In this document: piece after piece, positions 1 to 7,475 of the stretch
Position numbering within the stretch: the stretch's first letter is position 1
Layout: the number at the start of each line of letters is the position of its first letter
DNA from: Nitrospirota bacterium
GTDB lineage: Bacteria > Nitrospirota > Thermodesulfovibrionia > Thermodesulfovibrionales > JdFR-88
Assembly: GCA_021813405.1 (NCBI GenBank)
Contig: JAKAKS010000024.1
Location: 53,642 to 117,641, forward strand
Direction: 5' to 3'
DNA: 64,000 nucleotides
The notes under the pieces: model-generated
The model's database searches: none
Told to the model about the DNA's origin: nothing
What the model saw: only the letters and a program-made list of their open reading frames with translations
Translations under genes and position numbers: made by a program

Positions 1-76
1 GATTGTGAAACCCGTCAGATCCACTGTCTGGCGCCGCTGCTCCGCCGGGCAGGTTTTTTATGTTAATATCTCCTCT

Positions 77-1036
77 ATGGCAGGAAGCATGAAACCTAAG
101 CCGCTGAACCTGAAGAAGGTAAAGACAGTGCCCCTTTTGAATAGAAAATCGAAAGTGGAACTGGCCAGGCTGGCCTCCGCGCCCCAAGCCGGAATGAGTT
201 TTGCCGAATTCTGGGCCGGCCTTCCTGGCATACTTGCGGCGTCGGACATCAAGGGCGTGGCGGAGGCGGTTGCCAGGGCCAGGGCCGCCAGGAGGCCCGT
301 TGTGCTTGGCATGGGCGCGCATCCCATAAAAGTGGGGCTTTCCCCGGTAATCATGGACCTGATGCGCCGCGGGATAATAACCGCACTGGCCACGAACGGG
401 GCTGCCATTATCCACGATTTTGAACTTTCATATGCCGGATGCACGTCTGAAGACGTAGCTCAGGAGCTTTGCACTGGCCGGTTCGGCATGGCAAAGGAGA
501 CCGGCAGCTTTTTGAACCGGGCGATAAAAAGCGGCGTTAAAAAAGGCCTGGGGCTAGGTGAATCGGTGGGCAAGGGCATAGCGGAAAGCCGGTTCCCCCA
601 TAAAGATAAAAGCATATTTGCGGAATGCCACAGGCTTGGCCTGCCCGCAACCGTGCACGTAAGTATCGGGGCGGACATAATCCACATGCACCCGGAGGCG
701 GACGGCTCTGCAATAGGCGAGGCCTCCATGAGGGACTTCAGGCTGTTTGCCTCGGTGCTTGCAGGGCTTGAGGGCGGGGTTTATATAAACCTTGGCTCCG
801 CAGTGGTATTGCCGGAGGTGTTTTTAAAGGCGCTGAACCTGGCCAGAAACCTTGGCAACAAGGTAAACGATATAACTACCGTCAATATGGATTTCATCCA
901 GCATTACAGGCCTGCCGTAAACGTCCTCAAGCGGCCTACGATGACAGGCGGGAAGTCCTACGCCCTTACCGGCCATCATGAGATCATGTTCCCGCTTCTG
1001 GCGGCGGGGATATTGGAATCGATGTCCTCAAGGTAA
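77..1036 (+). CDS. Deoxyhypusine synthase-like (DHS family) protein
   Basis: The ORF is open to the window edge. The first ATG is at 77 and the next at 89. Motifs LGMGAHPIKVGL, ALATNGAAIIHD and VHVSIGADIIH resemble the NAD-binding core of bacterial DHS-like proteins. The start is uncertain. Confidence 0.55.
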   Translation: MAGSMKPKPLNLKKVKTVPLLNRKSKVELARLASAPQAGMSFAEFWAGLPGILAASDIKGVAEAVARARAARRPVVLGMGAHPIKVGLSPVIMDLMRRGIITALATNGAAIIHDFELSYAGCTSEDVAQELCTGRFGMAKETGSFLNRAIKSGVKKGLGLGESVGKGIAESRFPHKDKSIFAECHRLGLPATVHVSIGADIIHMHPEADGSAIGEASMRDFRLFASVLAGLEGGVYINLGSAVVLPEVFLKALNLARNLGNKVNDITTVNMDFIQHYRPAVNVLKRPTMTGGKSYALTGHHEIMFPLLAAGILESMSSR

Positions 1037-1129
1037 ATGGGGCTGTTTCAAAACCGCTTTAAATCACGTCCTCTGGTTGCCCAGGTTGAAATTCAAAAGC
1101 CTTATATGAAATAATTTAGCGCATCCCCG

Positions 1130-2548
1130 ATGGCTAAGGGCATCCTCATAATCGAGAGCGATTTTGAAGCCGCCAGGCAGATGGCCTCCGCTTTGGAAAG
1201 TGAAGGCTATTTCGTGTTTACCGCATCCACGGCAGAATCCGGCCTGGATATGGCGCGCAGGGTAAAACCCTCAATACTTTTCTTAAGCCCATCCGTGGAG
1301 GGGTTAAGTGAGAACGGGGTTGTGGAGTTCATAAAGGAGCTCCGCTCGCAGGATGCCTCAAAGGACATCCCTGTGATGCTTGTGACCGACGGAGACAAGG
1401 AATACGATCCCCGCTACGGTACAATGTATGGGATCATCAATTTTATACAAAAGCCGGTTGACCCGGCCGAGGTGCTTTTCAAATGCAGGGCATCCATAGA
1501 AGACGTGCCTGAAAAACCAAAAAAACCCGGTTTCGAAACCGCTGAGAAAATTCCTGCCATGAATAAGGCGGCAGGCGGCTATTCCGAAGGCGGCGAAGCA
1601 GAGGGGGAGGGATTTCAGGAAATTAAAAAAGCCGCTGATGCGGCGGATTTTCAAGATTTTAAAGAGGGCGGGGAGGGCCGGCCTCCGGCAGTGCCGCCGG
1701 AATCCGGACCGGAATCTGCGCAGCCGTCCCTGGCAGACCCGTTCGAGGATATTCTTAATGGTGCGCAGAAGGAAGGAGCGGATGCAATGGGGCCGAAATG
1801 GGGGAGCCAGGACAATGATTTCATGCCTTTTGGCCAGCCCAGAAAAAGAAGCGGAATGGGCATGAAAATTGTTTATGTCGTCTTGATAGTGATGGCAGGC
1901 GCCGCTGTTTCTTTTGGCGTGCTCAGATATATGCAGGCCAGGCGGAATGTTATCGCCAAAAAAGAAATCAAGACGTCCGCCATGGATAACGCGCCGGTTA
2001 TAGTTCAGGACACTGTGCCCGCGTTGGCCAAATCAAATACGGTAAACCCAGCCGCCGTGAATGCGGCCGCAAGCCCGGTTGCCGCAAACCCGGCTATCGT
2101 AAACAGCGCCTCTTCCAGGGCGCCCGCACCGATAGCCCCTGCCGCACCCGCTTCAACCGCGCCTGTAGCCATCAAGCCGGTGAAGAAACAGGCATCCAAT
2201 GCTGTTGTCCAGCCGGTAAAGGCCCCGGCCCATATACGTCCGGCCATTATCCGTCCGAAGCCGGCAGAAAAAAATGAAGTGGCGCGGGCGCTGGCCACTG
2301 TGAGGGCCCAGGCCAGTAAAGAGGGGAAAGCGCATTCAGTGCAGACGGGTGTATTTGCCAGCAGGGCAAACGCCCTGAACCTTGAAAAGAAACTGGCTGC
2401 CAAAGGCTATACGGCATTTATCCGGAAGGCCTCGGTAAGGGGCCGGGCTGTATACAGGGTTTTAGTGGGCAGATATTCAACCTCCGCCGGGGCCCAGAAG
2501 GTTGAAAGGGAACTGAAACGACAGGGGTACAACGCGATTTTAAAATAA
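1130..2548 (+). CDS. Pseudo-receiver (REC-like) / single-TM / SPOR-domain protein
   Basis: The N-terminus has a CheY-like fold pattern (ILIIESD ... PVMLVTDG ... FIQKP), but the phospho-acceptor position reads ILFLS (Ser, not Asp). It is followed by an acidic/Gly linker, a TM helix (IVYVVLIVMAGAAVSFGVL), an Ala/Pro-rich linker and a C-terminal SPOR-like repeat (SVQTGVFASRANALNLEKKLAAKGY ... YRVLVGRYSTSAGAQKVERELK). Confidence 0.7.
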   Translation: MAKGILIIESDFEAARQMASALESEGYFVFTASTAESGLDMARRVKPSILFLSPSVEGLSENGVVEFIKELRSQDASKDIPVMLVTDGDKEYDPRYGTMYGIINFIQKPVDPAEVLFKCRASIEDVPEKPKKPGFETAEKIPAMNKAAGGYSEGGEAEGEGFQEIKKAADAADFQDFKEGGEGRPPAVPPESGPESAQPSLADPFEDILNGAQKEGADAMGPKWGSQDNDFMPFGQPRKRSGMGMKIVYVVLIVMAGAAVSFGVLRYMQARRNVIAKKEIKTSAMDNAPVIVQDTVPALAKSNTVNPAAVNAAASPVAANPAIVNSASSRAPAPIAPAAPASTAPVAIKPVKKQASNAVVQPVKAPAHIRPAIIRPKPAEKNEVARALATVRAQASKEGKAHSVQTGVFASRANALNLEKKLAAKGYTAFIRKASVRGRAVYRVLVGRYSTSAGAQKVERELKRQGYNAILK

Positions 2549-2638
2549 ATAGTCCGGCAGCACGGCAGCGCGGAAAAAATAAAAAAATTTGCTTGTCCGG
2601 TTTAATCCCCTGATTGCTATTCCTGCCTGATTCCGGTC

Positions 2639-2661
2639 CGGAACCTTTCTTGTTCCGTTTT
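2639..2661 (+). terminator. Rho-independent terminator candidate after the REC/SPOR gene
   Basis: CGGAAC (2639-2644) pairs with GTTCCG (2652-2657) across a 7-nt loop and is followed by TTTT. Confidence 0.45.
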
Positions 2662-2673
2662 CCGCACCCGGAA

Positions 2674-3594
2674 TTATTCGTAGTCCAATAATTCCTTCAG
2701 GGTTATAACAACCAGCTCTCCAATTGCGTCCAGATTATAGCCGCCTTCCAAAACGAAAATTGAAGGCTTGCCGCCGGCCCCGGCCAGTATGCCGTCTATA
2801 ATCGCTCTTATCCCCTCACCTGAAACATTTACCGCCGCAAGCGGGTCTCCACTGTAAATGTCATACCCGGCAGATACCATGACAATGTCCGGCTTGAACC
2901 TTTGCATCAGCGGGGGCAGAATGTCCTGATATATCCGCAGATACTGTTTCACCCCGGAGCCTGCCTGCATTGGCACATTATAAATGGTATCCAGCCCGCT
3001 GCCGGCCCCTCGCTCGGCTTCGGACCCGGTGCCGGGATAAAACGGGTACTGATGGGTGCTGAAATAAAAAACATCCGGGTCTTCATAGAAGGCCTGCTGG
3101 GTGCCGTTGCCGTGGTGAACGTCAAAATCCACGATAAAAACCTTTTTGAAACCAAGCTCCCGGGCTTTTTTCGCGCCTATGGCTATGTTATTGAAAAGGC
3201 AAAAGCCCATGGCGCGGTCCCGTTCGGCGTGGTGGCCGGGCGGCCTTACGGCGCAGAAGGCCCGTTCCAGCCTGCTGTCTTTTACCTGCTCAACCGCCTT
3301 CATTACCGCCCCGGCCGCATAGAGGGCCGCCTCAAAAGAGCCTTCAGACACGTAGGTGTCCTGGTCGTAATACCCCTCGAAAGCGGACAGGCGCTCAAAG
3401 TATGCCGGGGAATGGACACATTCTACCTCCTGGCGGGTGGCCTTCCTCGGTTTTTCCATTATCAGCCTGCTTTTTAAACCCGAAGCATCTATTGCTTTGA
3501 TTATGCTTACAAGCCTCTCCTTGCACTCCGGGTGCCCCGCCGGGGTCTCGTGCCGCAGGAAGACATCATCATAAAACAATCCGGTCTTTTTCAT
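2674..3594 (-). CDS. Histone deacetylase-family amidohydrolase (AcuC / acetylpolyamine amidohydrolase-like)
   Basis: Carries the motifs RPPGHHA, DFDVHHGNGTQ and EGGYN. I prefer the MKKTGLFYDD start at 3594 over the ORF-track start at 3633. Confidence 0.85.
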   Translation of the reverse strand: MKKTGLFYDDVFLRHETPAGHPECKERLVSIIKAIDASGLKSRLIMEKPRKATRQEVECVHSPAYFERLSAFEGYYDQDTYVSEGSFEAALYAAGAVMKAVEQVKDSRLERAFCAVRPPGHHAERDRAMGFCLFNNIAIGAKKARELGFKKVFIVDFDVHHGNGTQQAFYEDPDVFYFSTHQYPFYPGTGSEAERGAGSGLDTIYNVPMQAGSGVKQYLRIYQDILPPLMQRFKPDIVMVSAGYDIYSGDPLAAVNVSGEGIRAIIDGILAGAGGKPSIFVLEGGYNLDAIGELVVITLKELLDYE

Positions 3595-3820
3595 AAAAAT
3601 TAAGTTATCACAAAGCGTTGGCTGGCTCAACATGCATCCTGTTTTTATGATAAGAAAAATTTATAGGTCTATCATTGCAAATTAAAAAAATATGGTATCA
3701 TCAATTCACTTTTGTATTTATAGGATTATAAAAATAATTTCATTTTCATGCGGAAAAATCTGTGTTATCGTGGATATTGCTACTTGAACGACCACATTTT
3801 TGATAAAAGGAGCGCATTTT

Positions 3821-4603
3821 ATGCTGATAATCGGTGAAAAACTGAGCATCATTGCAAAACGGGTAAGGGAGGCGATGTTCGCCAAAGACAAGGGGCCCAT
3901 CCAGGAAATTGCAAAAAGGCAGTACAACCAGGGCGCCCGCATGATTGATGCCAATATCGGCCCCGCCGAGGACGGCGGCGAAGACCTTATGCAGTGGATG
4001 GTAACCACAATACAGGAAGTTGTGCCGGCCCCAATATGTCTGGATACTACCAATTATAAAGCGCTCGAGGCCGGGTTAAAGGTCCATAATAATGAATGGG
4101 GCCGCCCCCTCATTAATTCAACATCCAACGACCCCGAAAGGTTCCCGATACTTGAGCTTGGGGCAAAATACAATTCCCAGGTAATAGGGCTTACGGTAGG
4201 CAAAGGCGGGCTTCCCGCCGATGCCGAGGAAAGATGCGCCATAGCGGCCGAGATAATGGCCCGCGCGATGGAATACGGCATGCCTTTGGAAGACCTCTAC
4301 CTGGACCCCCTGGTCCTCCAGGTGGCAACATCCCAGGACCATGCTGCCCACGTTATAAAGGCTATAAAGATGTTTCAGGAGCTAAACGATCCGGCCATGA
4401 AGACCGTGGTAGGGCTGAGCAACATATCCAATGGGTGCCCCAAGCACGTCCGCCCGGTCCTGGACAAGTATTATCTTGCGCTTCTGATGTATAGCGGGCT
4501 TACTGCCGCCATTGCCGATCCGGCGGAGGTCACGGAAACTGCAAAAACCATAGATGTATTCATGGGCAAGACCCTGTACGCCCATTCATATCTGGAAATG
4601 TAG
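3821..4603 (+). CDS. acsE: Methyltetrahydrofolate:corrinoid/iron-sulfur protein methyltransferase
   Basis: Pterin-binding barrel pattern (DANIGP, CLDTTN, LINSTSND), an AAGGAG Shine-Dalgarno sequence before the ATG at 3821, and position at the head of the acs cluster. Confidence 0.85.
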   Translation: MLIIGEKLSIIAKRVREAMFAKDKGPIQEIAKRQYNQGARMIDANIGPAEDGGEDLMQWMVTTIQEVVPAPICLDTTNYKALEAGLKVHNNEWGRPLINSTSNDPERFPILELGAKYNSQVIGLTVGKGGLPADAEERCAIAAEIMARAMEYGMPLEDLYLDPLVLQVATSQDHAAHVIKAIKMFQELNDPAMKTVVGLSNISNGCPKHVRPVLDKYYLALLMYSGLTAAIADPAEVTETAKTIDVFMGKTLYAHSYLEM

Positions 4604-4615
4604 GAGGGTAATTAA

Positions 4616-5560
4616 ATGTCATTTGCGCCACCAAAAGAGACTTGGAGCGGGAAGACCTTCGAGATTACGATAGGGAATGGGGCCAAGGCCGTAAAGATAG
4701 GCGGGGAAAACGTATTCAGTTTCCACGGCTTCGAGGGCAACTATCCCAACAAGCCGGTTATAGCTTACGAGGTTCAGGACATCCCGCCGGATGACTGGCC
4801 GCAGATGGCGAAGGACGTTTACGCCGGTGTCTCGGCTGATCCGGTAACCTGGGCAAAGCACTGCGTTGAAAAGCTTGGCGCAAAGGCGGTAGCCCTCAGG
4901 CTGGCCGGCACACACCCGGACAAGGGTGATATCTCCGCGGACCAGGCGGCTGAAACGGTTAAAAAAGTGGCTTCCGCAGTGGACGTGCCGCTGATAATTT
5001 TGGGCTCCAACCATGCCGAGAAGGACTCTGTGGTGCTTGTAAAGGCCGCAGAGGCAGCAAAGGGGACAAATGCCCTTTTAGGCAAGGCGCAGGAGGCCAA
5101 CTACAAGACCATCGTGGCCGCCGCGCTTGCAAACGACCTGAAATTGATAGCAATGTCTGAGCTGGATATAAACCTTTCCAAGCAGCTCAACATTCTTATT
5201 ACGCAGATGGGCTTCGACAAGGAAAGGCTTGTTACGGACCCGATGAGCTCGGCCCTGAGCTACGGGCTGGAGTACACCTATTCCGTTATGGAAAGGATCA
5301 AGCTGGCCGCGCTGGCGCAGAACGATGCCGTGCTCCAGGGCCCGATGCTGGCCGATGTGGGCATGTACGTCTGGAAGGTAAAAGAGACCCAGGCCCTTGA
5401 AGCGGACCTCCCGCAGTGGGGCAACCTTAAAGACAGGGGTGTGGCGTGGGAGGCGGTAACCGCCACCTCGCTGCTGGTTGCCGGGACTAACCTGGCCATT
5501 ATGAGGCATCCCGATGCGGTTGCCGCGGTTGAAAAGTTCATAGCGGAGATGGAGGGCTAA
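4616..5560 (+). CDS. acsD: Corrinoid iron-sulfur protein small subunit
   Basis: Length and N-terminus (WSGKTFEITIGNG..VKIGGE) are typical of AcsD/CdhD. It lies adjacent to acsC with a 1-nt gap. Confidence 0.8.
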   Translation: MSFAPPKETWSGKTFEITIGNGAKAVKIGGENVFSFHGFEGNYPNKPVIAYEVQDIPPDDWPQMAKDVYAGVSADPVTWAKHCVEKLGAKAVALRLAGTHPDKGDISADQAAETVKKVASAVDVPLIILGSNHAEKDSVVLVKAAEAAKGTNALLGKAQEANYKTIVAAALANDLKLIAMSELDINLSKQLNILITQMGFDKERLVTDPMSSALSYGLEYTYSVMERIKLAALAQNDAVLQGPMLADVGMYVWKVKETQALEADLPQWGNLKDRGVAWEAVTATSLLVAGTNLAIMRHPDAVAAVEKFIAEMEG

Positions 5561-5561
5561 A

Positions 5562-6899
5562 ATGGCGCTGACCGGAGTAGAAATATTCAAGCTTTTACCC
5601 AAGACAAACTGCAAGAAATGCGGACAGCCCACCTGTCTGGCGTTCGCGATGAAGCTTGCCCAGAGGCAGGCGTCCATAGACCAGTGCCCGGACGTGTCTG
5701 AAGAAGCCAAACAGAAACTGGGGGAGGCCTCTGCGCCGCCCATCCGGCCCATAACACTAGGCACGGGCGCAAGGGCGGTAAAGATTGGCGAGGAGACCGT
5801 CCTCTTCAGGCACGAAAAGAAATTCGTTAATCCGTCCGCCATATCGGTGAAGATATCGGACAATCTCTCCCAGGCGGACGCCGAAAAGGTGGTCGCGGGA
5901 ATAATGGAATCCGAGATAGACAGGGTTGGGCAGAAGCTGAGGGTTGACGCCGCGTTTCTTTCAAACGATTCCGGCGACGCCTCCAAGCTGGCGGCCCTGG
6001 CCTCTTTGGTGGCCTCCAGGGCCCCCGAACTGCCTGTAATAATATCCACAACCTCGCCCGATGCTGCGGAAGCGGCATTAAAACCCTTTGCGGGCAAGAA
6101 TGCCGTTTTGTATGGCGCCAATAAGGACAACCTGGAAGCCATGGCCCAGAAGGCCAAGGACGCGAAGGCCGCGCTGGCCATAGCGGCATCCGGTCTGGAT
6201 GAGGCCGCGGAACTTACAGAAAAAGCCAAGGCGATAGTGCCGGACCTGATTATAGATTCCGGCGCAAGGAAGGCCGGCGAAATGCTCAGGGACAACACGT
6301 ATGTCCGCCGGGCAGCCATAAAGAAGGGCTTCAAGCCCCTTGGTTATCCTGTCATTAACTTTGTTGGCAGGGGCGACAATATGCTGGAAACCGTTGTGGC
6401 CGTGCTGAGCGTGACAAAATACGCCTCGATAATCGTTCTGGACCACTTGGAGAAGTGGCAGAGCCTGGCGCTGTTCTCGCTTAGGCAGAACATTTATACG
6501 GATCCGCAGGTGCCGATGCAGGTGCAGCAGAACATTTACAAGGTAGGGGAGCCCGGCCCCAAGGCCCCGTTCCTTATAACCACCAACTTCTCGCTTACCT
6601 ATTTCATAGTGAGCGGCGAGGTGGAAAACAGCAAGGTGCCGTGCAGGCTTGCGGTGCTGGACTCCGAAGGCCTCTCGGTGCTTACCGCCTGGGCCGCCGG
6701 CAAGTTTACGGCATCCAAGATCGCGCAGTTTATTAAGGAAAGCGGCATCGAGGCCGAGATTGAAAACAAGGAACTGATTATCCCCGGGTATGTTGCAATC
6801 CTCAGCGGCGCGATAGAGGACAAGCTTGAAGGATGGAAGATCACGGTTGGCCCCAGGGAAGCAAACGGGCTGCCGGCCTTTTTGAAATCCAGGGCGTAA
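5562..6899 (+). CDS. acsC: Corrinoid iron-sulfur protein large subunit
   Basis: N-terminal [4Fe-4S] motif CKKCGQPTCLAFAMKLA...C and a C-terminal corrinoid-binding domain, at AcsC size. Confidence 0.85.
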   Translation: MALTGVEIFKLLPKTNCKKCGQPTCLAFAMKLAQRQASIDQCPDVSEEAKQKLGEASAPPIRPITLGTGARAVKIGEETVLFRHEKKFVNPSAISVKISDNLSQADAEKVVAGIMESEIDRVGQKLRVDAAFLSNDSGDASKLAALASLVASRAPELPVIISTTSPDAAEAALKPFAGKNAVLYGANKDNLEAMAQKAKDAKAALAIAASGLDEAAELTEKAKAIVPDLIIDSGARKAGEMLRDNTYVRRAAIKKGFKPLGYPVINFVGRGDNMLETVVAVLSVTKYASIIVLDHLEKWQSLALFSLRQNIYTDPQVPMQVQQNIYKVGEPGPKAPFLITTNFSLTYFIVSGEVENSKVPCRLAVLDSEGLSVLTAWAAGKFTASKIAQFIKESGIEAEIENKELIIPGYVAILSGAIEDKLEGWKITVGPREANGLPAFLKSRA

Positions 6900-6977
6900 T
6901 CAGGGGGTGAATGTAGCAACGGCAGTAATCAAAGCTCAGATTTGAAGCTTTAAATTATTTCAGGTTTTGGAGGCAGC

Positions 6978-7475
6978 ATGAGTTTTGAGGAGATGGACGT
7001 AGACCGCCATTACGGGGAGACTGGCGGGGTGATTACGGAGGAGCAGAAGAAACGCGGCGTGCTCATACACGCCCTGCAGCAAATACAGAAGGAGCATAAT
7101 TACCTTCCGGAAGACGCGCTGAAGATGCTTTCTAAGAAGCTGGGCATTGCCCTTTCCGAGATATACAGCACTGCGTCTTTCTACAAGCATTTTTATTTCA
7201 AGCCGAGGGGCAAAAATATAGTTTGCGTCTGCATGGGCACGGCCTGCCACGTGAGGGGCGCGGCCAAGGTGCTGGAGCGCATCGAGGAAGAGTTTGGCAT
7301 AAAGGAAGGCGAGACATCCGAAGACAAGTCCGTCACCCTGGAGACCGTGGGTTGCGTCGGCTGCTGCGGACTGGCCCCCGTAGTCACGGTGAACGAGGAG
7401 GTTTTTGGAGAGGTGGACGCCAAGAAGGCGGGCCAGATGATCCGGAAGATCAGGGGCGGGCGCCAGCATGGATAG
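6978..7475 (+). CDS. NuoE/HoxE/HndA-like [2Fe-2S] thioredoxin-fold subunit
   Basis: Cys pattern CMGTACHVRG ... CVGCCGLAP. A GGAGG Shine-Dalgarno sequence precedes the start. The gene overlaps the next one by 8 nt. Confidence 0.85.
   Translation: MSFEEMDVDRHYGETGGVITEEQKKRGVLIHALQQIQKEHNYLPEDALKMLSKKLGIALSEIYSTASFYKHFYFKPRGKNIVCVCMGTACHVRGAAKVLERIEEEFGIKEGETSEDKSVTLETVGCVGCCGLAPVVTVNEEVFGEVDAKKAGQMIRKIRGGRQHG

Noticed and set aside
5078-6334. 418-aa minus-strand ORF
   Set aside because: It is antisense to acsD and acsC, which have clear family motifs. Its low-complexity Ala/Ser-rich translation is typical of shadow ORFs in GC-rich coding DNA.
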